Assembly (NCBI GenBank): GCA_038087875.1
Contig: CM075994.1
Span: 3,908,001-3,972,000, forward strand
Origin: Malacoraja senta
Taxonomy: Eukaryota
DNA length: 64,000 nucleotides
Direction: 5' to 3'
Part shown: positions 1 to 12,121 of the stretch, one piece after another
Layout: each line of letters opens with the position of its first letter
Numbering within the stretch: the stretch's first letter is position 1
Program-made: the position numbers and the translations under genes
The notes under the pieces: generated by a model
Told to the model about the DNA's origin: nothing
What the model saw: only the letters and a program-made list of their open reading frames with translations
Database searches by the model: none

Positions 1-243
1 TTTTAATTGCAGGTCGCTTGTAATCCTATGGTCCTTTACGCTACAGCAGTATCGGAGCTCTAGAGAAAACAGTATTTTTACTGCAACTGGATTTATTTGC
101 TTTATTTTAAATATGCTCGTAACACTCTTTTATTATATACATTTTGTCATTACAGTATGTACCGCTTTCTATTATTAAAACAAGCTGTAAAGCTGTTCAT
201 CTGTTCATCTTTTTGCAAGTGTTTTTGAACGACACACAGAACC

Positions 244-2010
244 GTGTTTTAGAAAACGCTTTACGAAGAAACATGCTCTATGTGTTAAGTGGAAGGTGAA
301 ATTGTCACTGGTCAATGAAACAATGATGTTTTTGTCAGAAAAAGGTTAGATGCCTAAAATAAGAAGTTGATTATTCTTAATGAAAACAACGAATCTTCCA
401 GCTAGACAGCGTGGCATAACTATTGAATTTTAGGCTGGCTATGCCATTAAAGTTTCATCACCTTGTACTTTCTTATTTGAACCAGAATGTGACCATAAAA
501 ATCTGGATATTTGTGAAACGTGCATTACACATATTGTTCGGCTGAATAGAGATGTATTTGCCTTGGAAATGATAGGCACGTTCGAAGTGTGCCCAACGCG
601 GCTTTATAGCGGTATCACCGAATTGTTCCCCTTTCCTATATTATGCATGAGATCATGATAACAAAAAACCCTTTTTGGTTAAGGAAGACAAAAATGGGAA
701 AACATTTCTTCGAAATTACTCAATAATTCCAGGATGAAGCGGCGGGCTGGGAATGTGAAGAGTGTGGAGTGGGAGATTGAGTTCACTTTATCATAAGATG
801 ACGAACTCTCACCTACTCTGAAGAGGGATCAACGTTTTTGAAATGCACACTGCATTTCTCTCTACGTGAATGCCTCCTCACGTGTCTATTGTATTTTCAG
901 TGTTCCTCCACATGTTCAGCAATGCCATTCCATACCAGAGTTTTTGATAGCGTGTATCTATAGTTTAGGACTAGAAAAGTTCTGTGCATCTTAAATTATT
1001 TTTGAATTCCTTCAAAGTAATTTAAATCAGTTAAATTCAGAAAATTAACTCTACTTCAGGTGGACCTTTTAGATTAACTTTCCTCAAATGACGAAACACG
1101 GCTTTCGATCATACGAATCATTAACCACAAATGAGTCAAATTTGACATAATTTCGAGGTAGACAACTGAACAAACCGCCATCAAATCCGCCTCGTTACTT
1201 TATGGAAATTTAGCCGCAGCTGGAATATGGTCAAACAATGGAAGCAAAATGTCACCATTCCCTTCTATGGTTACAGGAAGCCACCTAAACTACATAATTG
1301 ATTGTGGACCATTTATAAAGATGTTTGATTAATTCCTGAGTGGAGGCTGGGAGCACATTATATAAAATGTTAGTTAACATATACGATTATCTGTTTAGCT
1401 ACAACATAAATAAACCTTCAATTTATGCCAAGTCGTTATATCCTTCTCCAATAATATAATTGTTTTCATGACGTAAGATCCATGCAGCCGCTTAGCGATG
1501 CAATTGCATGGTTTAATGCTACTGTATTCATTTACTTCGTTATATGTATGTGTGTTTACTTAATGATACTATTAATATTTCACTTCATATGTTATTCGTT
1601 TGGTTTGGATATTAATAAAAATCATAACACGAATTGCATGCCTTTTACTAATTGACTAGAAGACACCCAATGGAATCATTTCAGTGACATTAGTGGAATG
1701 TGAAGAATTATAGCAGTGGCAGATACAGATACGTACACTCTATTTCCCAGCGGAATGGAGGCCTGGGATTTGCTTTGGCTAGTCGAATATCCGCCGTTTT
1801 ACCTTACTTGTTACATATGTCGGGCAGATATATTCCAGTGGTTACAATTTCATCGAAGATAGCTGAAACTGCCCCGAGGCGATGTTCAGCTTAAGATGTT
1901 GAGTTTGTATACGATATCGCTATCCACGGAAATGCGTAAACTCTTCGCCAATCCCTGACGAATTTCGAAGTGTATACACTTCACAGCATTAAAATTATAC
2001 AACTATACAT
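244..2010 (+). pseudogene. TWF1: Decayed twinfilin (TWF1-like) pseudogene, 3' exons
   Basis: Collinear remnants: 244-344 VF*KTLYEETC..GQ*NNDVF ~ VRQKMLYAATR..GHIKDEVF; ~1145-1250 T*FRG..PSNPPRYFMEI*..G..ME ~ TELKD..PKDSARYHFFLY..G..LE; 1670-1750 MESFQ*H*WNVKNYSSGRYRYVHSISQ ungapped to [22 protein letters not shown]; 1859-1960 EFVYDIAIHGNA*TLRQSL ~ DFLYEEVHPKQHAHKQSF. Several stops are one-base changes from the expected codon. Confidence 0.85.
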
Positions 2011-2104
2011 TGAATGAATAATACACCAAGCTCTTCAAGACCGAATTAAGCAAAAAACGCACAAACGTATCACAGCAATACAGTACCTCCATTAACCCAT
2101 TTTT

Positions 2105-5100
2105 AAATCGAAGAACTTTGAACATTCCATCCCAGGCGTTCGGCTGTTTACATTAAATAGAATATAACTTCTCTGCCGTGGTATTACACACGTCTCACCG
2201 TTTTCACGTGCAAAGTTCAGATATTATCACATATGGTCCAAAAGGTTCCATGCGTTATACGCAACAGCCTAGGATATAACAAGTTAAATGTCTTCTTATA
2301 CCATTCTGAACAGGTATAACATAATACGTTCCAACTAATTCGGTTGAAAAATTGCGATTATCGATGAATCAGAATCACTTGGTCGCTTTCCGGTTCCGTG
2401 TAATACATGGAGTATTTTAGATATGAAAATGCAGAATGATTGTGATTGGACCCTCTCTGCAGGTGCTCTAATTATCATCCACTGTGGATGACGGTTGTTT
2501 GGAAACGTTATTCGTAAGAGCCCCGTGATATTTTGTCGCTACAACTGGTCCCATTTCAGGATTTTTAAAATATGTATGGAGTGTGGAATGTTTAGGAAGG
2601 AACTGCAGATGTTGGTTTAAACCGAAGATGGACACCAAATGCTGGAGTGACTCAGATGGACAGGCAGCATGTTAGCTGTGAGATGGGAAGATTAGATGTT
2701 GTGGGGAAGGGGTTTGAGAAAGTGATTTTGGAGAATTGAACGGATAATCGCTGTTGGACCGGGAGTAAGGGTCAACCACTGATTGGCAAGTTATAGCATG
2801 GTATGTTAAATTGGCAAATAACCTGATTAATTCATTGCCATCGAGTATTCACGAGGATAATGTGTTAGGATGTCTCTCAGCTATAGAATGAGCGAACGTG
2901 TGGAAGAAAATACTGCAGCGAGCCAAATGATCGACAGGAGATGTCAACATCTCATTATCTGTGGTTTAGAACGACCATAAACAAGATCTGACAAATATGA
3001 ATAAACAATGGAATGTATGGGCATTATAGCTTCCAATACACCCATTCCCCAGAGGAATGCATGGTAATAGAAAGAGAAGGGTTAACATGGGCCTACTGTT
3101 GATTTAAGAACAGATCCTGCAACAGTGAAAAAACTGCCTGTGGGTAAAGAGCAAAACAGGCGAATTGCAGACCACAGCAACCTAACAGTGATAGCAATGA
3201 GGCAGGCGGGCCAGGGAGTGGGCATAAATACGGAGAATGGTTCAGGGTTGAATAAACATCGCAGCGAATTCTGGGAAACTCTCCCGATGTCTCTTATAGG
3301 CCGAATAAATGCTATAAAAATGATCTTTTTACCACAAATTATATATATATTCCAGTCAATATCGATATATTTACCCCCACATTTTTTTTTAATTGGATGA
3401 TGATATTACAAACTTTATATGGGACTATAAATCCCACAGAATCCAAAGCAAACACTTGTGTAAACCTAAAGAATCTGGCGGATTATCACTCCCTAATTTT
3501 TTATATTATTACTGGGCCACAAATGTAAAAAATATGATTCACCTGTTGGACAATTAGGCCCAGCAGGTGGATTGGATAGTAATGGAGAGAGAGGATTGTT
3601 CCCTTTTAACATATGAGCGATCCTTCTCTCACCAACAAAAATGAAGAATACAATATACAGTAAAAATCCAATTATTCATAGAACAATTAGAATTTGGAAA
3701 CAAATAAAATTAATTTTAAAATTAAGAAAACTATCACTTCTCTCACCTATAATGAATAACCCTTCGTTTAAACCTTCTATGATAGATAAATCTTTTACAA
3801 ATTGGGATAGAGTAGGAATTAAAACGTTTGGATATATGTATGATAATGGAAGTATTTTTAACATTTCACCAACTACAACTTAAATACACCGAGTAGAAAT
3901 CAATATTTTAAATACTTTCAAATACGTGACTATTTGAAAAAATATACACGAGAATATCAAAATATGTCTCTGACCTATTAGACGAGACAATGAATATAAA
4001 AGCGGAATCAGCTAATTTAATATCATACCTGTATAATTCCATTTTAAACATAGAAATTCCATCATCTGATGGGATCAGAAGAGAATGGGAACAGGAACTA
4101 GCTATACAAATCTTGAAAGAGAGTTGGGATAAATACCTGTTATATGTGCATAAATGCTCGATTAACGTAAGACATACTCTAATTCAATTTAAAATTTTAC
4201 ATAGATTATACTATTCGAAAGCTAAATTAAGTAACTTTTACCGAAATACCTCTTCTATCTGTGATAAATGCCTAACTCAAGAAGCAACTATAGCACATAA
4301 TTTTGTTTTTTGTATAAAAATCCAAAAATGTTGGAATTAAATTTTTGAAATTTTCACTAGATTATTTAAAATAAAACTGAAACCGAATGCAGAACTGATT
4401 ATTTTTGGAACAATAGAAGCAAATTTGGAGCTGACTTCGTTTCAAAGGAGTTTTCTTAATTATGGCTTAATAACAGCAAAAGAATTTATCCTGAAATTTT
4501 GGGAAAATGCTCCCATGCCAACGACAAAAATGTGGACTTCTAATATGTCGGAATTGTTACACCTAGAAGATATGAGATTCCTCTTAGCAGGTAAACTAGA
4601 CCAATTCCAAAAGATTTGGTCTCCATTTATCGACTTATTACAAACATAGGGTGCATCAAAATGTTGATAATAAATGGTTTCAGGACATGGCGAGGGGTGA
4701 GTAAAGATATTAAATAGGTACATCCCCTTCATATTGTCCAATCGTATCTTATTTTTTCTTTTTTCTTTTTCCGCCTTTTGGTTTTTCTCTTTTTCTCTTT
4801 TTTCTTTTTTTAAAAATAATTCTTGTGGTTTAGTTCCATATGGGTGTTCCTGGACCACTCTTTCAATCACTCACTTACTATCTTTACTAAGTCTTTCTAT
4901 CCTTATCTCTTATTGAAGTTTAAAATAAGAAGTGGTATAAGAAAAGTATAAACTTAAGTTATTGCAGTTTACTGTAATGTACAATACTTCTAATAAAATA
5001 AAAATTATTTTTTAAAAATTTAAAAAAACGTCGCAGCGAACACAAGGTACGTAGGTAAAGCTATGCTCTGATTTCAAATAAATTTCAAAGCGCACAAGGT

Positions 5101-5470
5101 GTGATCAATCTGATATTACGTCAATTCCATGTCGGTTTATAAACAGTTTCATCAAGAAAATTGACGTGCTCCTAAAATGCTAAAAGGGGGAAAACTGTAT
5201 ATTTATGTTGAACGTCCATCATGCCTTGGAAAGCAAGCCATAAGGATACGAAGGGGGGATACGTTTCTGCTAAACCGAGATGGAGTCATTTTACAGGTAG
5301 CACCGGTAACTGGAATGCCCCATATTTTTTTTGGTAAATATAAATTTAATGGAAACACGAATATTATTCTTAAGAACGCCAGTATCACGGATCTGGTCAG
5401 ATCAAATACGTGGAAAGCAAACGATTGCTGGCGTCTGAGGTGGAACATCCATCACTAAGACTTGTCGGTG
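2105..5470 (+). pseudogene. TMEM117: Decayed TMEM117-like pseudogene, copy 1 (interrupted by an L1 and a Penelope-like fragment)
   Basis: ~2110 KNF..PGVRL ~ KDF..PWSRM; 2458-2512 QVL*L..DDGCLETLF, with WMT in the adjacent frame, ~ QLLRL..DHGSWMTMF; ~2935-2990 GD..QD; 5318-5440 PHIFFGKYKFNG..KNASITDLVRS..WR ~ PHEYGQYIGPG..KDSESLKDLNRT..WR. Confidence 0.8.
3269..5028 (+). mobile_element. 5'-truncated L1/Tx1-clade LINE (ORF2 C-terminal part, 3' UTR, A-rich tail)
   Basis: Broken ORF2 pieces (W..LPMSLIGRINAIKM, GGLSLPNF, QFKILHRLYY, CDKC..H..C); AATAAA and A-rich tail; target-site duplication aaacatcgcagcgaa (3254-3268) / aaacgtcgcagcgaa (5026-5040). Confidence 0.92.
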
Positions 5471-5479
5471 CCACGAGAA

Positions 5480-6918
5480 TTGAAGTGTTTGGTGGAGATT
5501 AAGTCTCTGGAGTGAAGGGAACCTGAGGTAGACTCAATCAAGAGGAGGAAGAAGATATGTTTGCCGATGGAAAACGGTGGTAATTGTCAGATTTGATCCG
5601 ATTAATGTGTTTGCGGAGGGAGGGGCTGGTTGTGATTGTTGTGCCGTTCCATCCATGTGTCTTCCGGGCGAGAACGCGGTTCTTCACTAATTGGTACTGC
5701 TTCGACCAAGATCCATGGAAAAATAAAAGTTCTTAATGAGACAGCCAGGTCGCGGATGAGAGGGGAACTATTCGATCTGTTAACCTTGCTGGTGAAAAAA
5801 GTAGTAAATTATTCGCACTTAGCAGGGGACCCAGTTAAGCTGGTGCTGGGGGCAGGACATATGATAGAGGTGATGGTACTAAAGAGGACCTTGGCGTTAT
5901 GAGCGTTTTGGGAAATAAGGGCGGAAAAGTACTTTGTTCTTGCAGATTTTACTGCTTCCTGGTAATGATTTCTTCCTGATGATGACTTCTTCACAGCACG
6001 TGGATTGGACACCCTACTGATCACAGAAACCTAGAGTAATCCTGGTGAGCTTGCTCCACTCGTGGAACTCTGTCCTGCTACCTGTAACTTTTTCAGCTCG
6101 CATAGGCTCTCCGGTCGCGGTGGGGGCCAAGCCACTGTGTTTAAGAAGCATTTCAACTGCCGCCTTCTGAACGCTCATCAGTTCTCCAGTTTTGAACATC
6201 AACTAATCTTAGTTGGTCTAATCTGTCCTCTTTTAATTCTTCTTGTGTACCGCCCACGAAAAATGCATAAGGACTTATCTCACAATTTGCTGATCTTATC
6301 GCTAGCTTGTTGCCCAAATTTGACCGGGTCCTGATTCTTGGTGACTTTAACATTCATGTTTGCTGTCCCACAAAGCCTCTTGTGAGTGAATTTATGAACC
6401 TGGTTGAGTCCTTCAATCTGACTCTACTCGCCGCTGGACCCACGCACAAGCTTGGCCATACACTAGACCTAGTGCTTTCGTCTGGTCTCCCAATTTGTAA
6501 TACAGAAATTATTGATGCCTGTCTGTCTGATCATAGTGCAATTATATTCGATGCATCTCTGCCTTTCTCTCCCTCAAAATCCCATCTCCCTGCTCGCTAC
6601 CGCTACGTAAACTCTTCGACTGCCAGGAAGTTCTCTGATGCTCTCATAGCCGCCCCCGACATCTGCACTGTTGAGGCGTCTCACCTTCACGTCAGCACTG
6701 ACGATCTAATTTCTTTATTGAACACCACTTGCTCTTCCATGCTGGATTCTTTTGCTCCTCTTAAAATGAAAAAGTCTAAGCCTAAAGGCTGGCCGTGGCT
6801 CAAGGACACCACCAGAGCCCTAAGAAGAGAGTGCAGAAAATCAGAACGGAATTACAAATCTGATCAACTTCAAATTTCCTTTGGGCTTCTGAGAAACAAT
6901 CTTCACAAATGCCAGGAC
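5480..6918. mobile_element. L2-clade LINE fragment with inverted 5' segment
   Basis: 6015-6918 (+) encodes APE endonuclease motifs LILGDFNIH, HTLDLVLS, LSDH and ends ..NNLHKCQ; 5968-5480 (-) resumes at YQEAVKSARTKYFSALI..KVLFSTI. Confidence 0.8.
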
Positions 6919-7049
6919 ATACGAGTTTCAGGAAGAATATGATTCGACGAATATGGGACCCGGTGTGAAGCGTCTTTTATCCATTCCCTCCATGATGCTG
7001 CCCGGCGCATTGAGTTCCTGCAGTATCTGCAGTTTCTTACCAATCGAGC

Positions 7050-7800
7050 ATTTTAGACGTGCTTAATAACGCAGTGAATGAAAGTGTGCCTACCCACGGA
7101 ATGATAGCCAACGGGTATGGATTCCTTAATTCGCAATGCACGCAAGGCGGGAATCAAGCTTTCACGCGAGAACAGTAAAATACTGCAATCAAGGCCACTG
7201 GGATTTCAAAATGCCTTGGAGATTTTGGAGGGAGGGTAGGAAAGGTTTCACTATATGTCTTCGCGGGTTTGAGAAGGCATCTAGTTTATAGATTGGCAAA
7301 ATATCTACTTTCCTTTGTTGGTTCCAAATAAAACAAGCGCATTGATTGGAGATAAAATCAGAGATTACCAAACTGAAGTGAAGGTACCTTGCCATGTTAA
7401 CAAGTAACGGAGGTCTGAAGCCATACGGAAAGCGTAATAAGGAGGAGAATTGCTGAAAACCTATTGTAATTATTAGGATACCATTAAAGGTAACATTGAA
7501 GGTTTAGTGTGATGGTGAGGGAAGGGGGGTCTCGCGGTAATGTTGAGTGCAATTTATTTAATTTAGACGTAGACGTCTTGCTGAATATAAAACTGATTAG
7601 AACAAATATGACACATCGGTGATGTTTGAATCAATAGGTATTGATCGCAAATGCGATCTTGCTGCCTGGACGTGCTAAAGCGTGGCGAACAAAGGCTATG
7701 GTATGTTTTATGTGGCAAATGTAATGCAATCTTTGTATACACAGAAACTTGTGTAGAACAAAATGATGACGGAAAGGGTTATCTACTTATCTCTGTAGAA
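7050..7800 (+). pseudogene. TMEM117: Decayed TMEM117-like pseudogene, copy 2 (3' exons)
   Basis: GFLNS ~ GFLPS (~7119); LSR..IL ~ VSR..IL; HWDF/LGD ~ DWEF/MGD (~7196-7225); IT..K* ~ ITGKW; LIRTNMTHR* ~ LNRTKLSWEW (~7593-7622); LDV.KR ~ LDVKC (~7667). Confidence 0.65.
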
Positions 7801-7994
7801 TAATCTTGGAGCAATAATATCTCCGTAACAAAAATGCTTTGTGGTATCGTGCCAAGCATACTTAGCTGTTAAATATTTAAGGTTTGATGCAGGATGTCGA
7901 ATACAAACGACTAAATTTGTGTGTCTGCGCCAAAATTGAAACGCATATTTTATTTTTCCATTCAGAAAATCATAAACGAAAGATACCGTACCTG

Positions 7995-8333
7995 GAATCA
8001 AATCTGCTTAACCTTACCCACTGCCTCGAGGATATAACGTATTGGATGGCCCAGAACTTCCTCCAACTAAACGAGAGTAAGTCTGAGGTCATCCTTCTCG
8101 GCCCCTCGGACTCAATCAAAATGATAGTAGGCAGCCTTGGAACCCTTGCCCCACTACTCAAACCTCACGTCAAAAACCTTGGCGTGATATTTGACTCAGC
8201 ACTGAAATTTGACAAACAAGTCAATGCCGTGGTAAAAGCTAGCTTCTTTCAGCTTCGGACGATTGCTAAAATAAAACAATTCCTCCACTTTGATGACCTC
8301 GAAAAGATCATCCACACATTTATCTCCTCCTGA
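7995..8333 (+). mobile_element. L2 LINE RT C-terminal fragment
   Basis: CLEDITYWMAQNFLQLNESKSEVILLG..VKNLGVIFDSALKFDKQVNAVVKASFFQLRTIAKI, typical of L2. Confidence 0.88.
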
Positions 8334-8464
8334 ACTATCAACTGATAGTTAAATACACTGTGAATGAATATACAGACGGGAGGAGATCAAGTAGATAGTG
8401 AATTAATGTTATTGAGCTTTCCCATCGCTTTAACCTAACATATTTGTATGCGTAATGTGGATTC

Positions 8465-10120
8465 AATGTTTTTATTGGAAGCATTTGTACAAAAAACTTA
8501 ACAATTTTACAGCTTTGTGAACAGCTTCAATTTTAAAACTTTCCAAAAAAAACATTGAATTAAAAAGAGCGAGAAAGAAGGAGAAGAGAGAGAAAAAAGA
8601 AAAAAGAAGAAGGGAGATATACCCGTCGACCCACCCATACGCCCGTTCACACAGCCCTACGAGTAATTTCGAATTTGTGTTCAAATATTGTGTTGCTCGA
8701 GAAAATCAATAAAAAGTGACCATATTTTTTGTTTTAAATGGCTCCAGTTTATTATTCAAGATAAACCTAATTCTCTGTAGATATAATGTGTCTTTAATTT
8801 CTGTAAACCACATCTTCACTGGAGGAACGTCAGCATTTTTCCAGAATATGTATGAGTTTTTTTGCTGATATAAGTCCATAGCCGACAAAGCGTCGCTGAA
8901 AAGCAGTCTTGTTCTTGGTTCTTGGTTTCTTGGTCCTCCAATATATTCCAAATGGAATGTAAACTGGAGGTGGTGGAGGGAGGACTTAAGCCAGAAACGG
9001 TTTTTGGGAAGAAAGAGCTACCTTAAATTTAGTTGCATCTGGTTGGGTAACTAAAGTAGGGTGGAGATTATTCCATGCTTTAATTGTGCGGGGGAAGAAA
9101 GAATTGCTGTACACATCTGTCTTGGTAGCTGGAATCACAAATTGGATCGAATGCCCTCGTCTGCTCCAAATCGGTTTGGGTTTGGTGTAGGTCTTGTAAT
9201 CTATGTCGAGCTGACCATTTAACATTTTGTAAAAACAGGTCAAACGGTGAGCTTCACGTCTGTCTTGGAGAGGGTTCCACCCCAGAGAATTCAGAAATTT
9301 GGTAACACTTGCTTCTCTCTCATAGGTGTTAGTAACAAATCGAGCTGCCTGTCTTTGGACACGTTCGATGGAAGAAATGTTTTTATTTGTGTATGGGTCC
9401 CATGCTGCAACTGCGTAGTCCAAATGAGGTCTAACGAGGGTGAAGTATAGCTTCTCCTTGACGGAAGTTGAACAATGATGAAAGTTGCGCCTCAGAAAAT
9501 TTAGGACACCTGTTGCTTTCACCGTTGCATGATGAGTCTGACCATTCCAACGCAGATCCTTCTGCAATTTAATGCCTAGATACTTGGTTTGTTTGGATTC
9601 TTCAAGGGTGGTAATTTACTACATGCCTCTGATATTTCCAGTATTATCAGTTTTGAGTCTGGCTCTAATGGGATTTTCAGTATGTTGGAGAGGACGCTGA
9701 ATATTTCCATCCAAAAACTTTCTATTTTTGTACAGAGTATAAAACTGTGGGTTAGAGTGGCTTCTTGGAAATGACACTTATCGCAAAGAGGGGAAACACT
9801 GGGGAAAAATTTGTCCAGTTTGGCTTTATGAGTAGTATAAACTTCAGCACTTTGAACTGTATCGTGCAATGTCTGGCATTTAAGGGGCAAGTATGGATAT
9901 ATTGTAAGCTTTCGTCCCGTATATCATTTGAGATTTGTTGACCCATCTCATCTTCCCATGCACGCCTGTAAACCTCAGATGATGGGGTGTTGATGTTTTG
10001 AAGAACATTGTAAATGTGGGATATCAACTTCTCTGTATCTGCATGTCTATTCAAACATTCATCGAGTTTATCTGCACTTGGTGTGTTATAGTCTTGCATG
10101 TATGTTTTCACATAGACACG
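8465..10120 (-). mobile_element. L1/Tx1 3' fragment interrupted by a second LINE
   Basis: Minus-strand ORF pieces NARHCTIQFK, SPLCDKCH..TLTHSF, FWKN..PPVKMW; split by the 8905-9620 insert. Confidence 0.82.
8905..9620 (-). mobile_element. CR1/L2-group LINE 3' end (RT C-terminus), nested in L1
   Basis: ORF 8986-9567 YFTLVRPHLDYAVAAWDP..IERVQRQAARF..SFFPRTIKAWNNL; short tandem tail (accaagaa-like) near 8908-8935. Confidence 0.85.
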
Positions 10121-10129
10121 TTTTATGCG

Positions 10130-10610
10130 TAATGTAATTGGAGAATATTTATATTAACCCGGATCAAACAAAACAACGATGCAATTTCTTTAAAGTTCAT
10201 TTTTTGTAAACCGTTGTGTGCTATGCAAGTTACAAATTGTAAAAGAATGGAAAAATGTCAACATGTTTATACTTATGTAATTGTCAATGGAGCTAGCGTG
10301 ACCATGAACGCAATCACACACAAGTGGACACATTCGGGATTTACTTCCTGGAATAAAATGTGAACTTGCAATATATTTTGCTACATGTTATAAACCAATT
10401 GAGCTCCGCTAATGACAAACTCGAGAGGAATCTGCCTTTGTTTCATTTATATATTTCAGAATCGAATACGTCGGGTACTGAATTAATGCAGAACACTTCA
10501 AAGACATTTGGAGGACGGTAGGTACATATACGTAATTGGGGTGTACACGATGGAGAAGGTAAGGCGACATTAAGACTGTTGTGTTTCTAAATGTGAGAGA
10601 GAACCATGCA
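10130..10610 (+). pseudogene. NELL2: Possible decayed NELL2 C-terminal (VWC) exons
   Basis: FIFCK ~ FVMCR; PGIKCELAI ~ PDVECEFSI (~10347-10373); SKT ~ TKT; CT..R then gtaagg donor; H*DCCVSKCERE ~ HICCSVDPQCLQE. Weak individually; NELL2 neighbours TMEM117 in human. Confidence 0.45.
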
Positions 10611-12121
10611 CATTTATATAGTCAAAACTTTCTTGTGTTGCTGGATTTGATAGTTTAAAATCATTACCGGGCGTCGTAAATATTCGTGGAGACGAACTGG
10701 CGTTTGCAATCACAATGGATTCCACAACAGCTCACTGACTTTAATGAAGTGCAATTATCTTAATTCAGAATTGCTCGACAGTACATTTGACCTCCTTTAC
10801 CTAATTCGCATAAGAGATTAACATTCCCTGCATTGTGGATTTTGGTGCGATCCCTTGGCCCGAGAGAAATGGCCGTAAGCGGAAATGCTTTGCGGCATGC
10901 CGCCTGTGACTGAACGCCAAGGTAAACAAGATGTTAATATAGGAAACCAAATTTAAAGCATTTCAAAAATGCCTCAATTGTCTGAGAATTTACCAATGAA
11001 CAGACGAATTTAAAGTATAACTGAAACAATGCAACATTTATACAATTCCTTGCTATTACGTTTGTCGATAATGAGACTTCAAGATTTGTAATAGTAATTG
11101 TAATCAGCTTGCAGTGAGTTCAGTGCAATTAATATCTTCAAACATCTCGGGGAGCAGATAATCTTCAATTGACACAGACTCATCGAAACAGCTATCCGAA
11201 GTCCACTGTGAATAAAAAAAATAACCATTACTATCAATACAGTTTGGGTTTATTGAAAGTGCAAGTCCATCCTCTCGTGAAAGCGAAAGACAGTGAATAA
11301 CAGCAATTGTTCGGCCAGTGATGATTTCAAGCATCACCTGCAAAGGGTGATGTTGTCACTTACATAGTGCATGCCCCTTTGAAAGACAGGTTAGCGTGCA
11401 ATATCGTTCCACGTTCAGTTATTTGGAACCAGCAGAAAGGAGAGACGTTTGCATATTATTCAAATGCCGAGGCTACCTGCATCTTCTTGAAAAAAACCCG
11501 ACCTATAGCATTTTTGACAGAATACGCCAAATTGTGCTGAATGAAAATGAATACGGTACAGTCAATATAGTGGCAATGAACTCGAGAGCTTGCTCTGTCA
11601 AGAAAATGCATTTAGAATGTACCGCAAATTAATGTAAAACATGTGCTTATTAGCCCGAGTAATTGGCTTATATTTTTCTCCTCACTGGCCGATGATATCT
11701 TGAGCACTATCCGTTCTCTATATGCCTACCTTTGTAGTGTTCGTCGCTGCTACCTGCTGGTTAATCACACCGGATAGAAAGTCATCGGCCATTTCAAATT
11801 GCGATAAGGATACGTGCCGATATTCTCTATTAAAGTTTACAATAAATACTGGTAATTCACAAATATCTTCCAGATAAACAACGGTTTACACATTGGGTAA
11901 TGCACACAAATGTGCCTTAATCTACGAGTACCCGTTTTAATTCATGGTGTGAGACGAATTCCATTCTCTCACCTTTGTTTCATCTGTCTCCTCTGAAATA
12001 CCATTTCATTTGATTTTCCGATTTTAGTTTTATTCCGTTGTATTCTTAGAGTTTCATTCCTTAAACAACTTGGCGAATGGCGAGCAACCTATGGAACAGC
12101 GCCTCTATTCACAAATATGTA

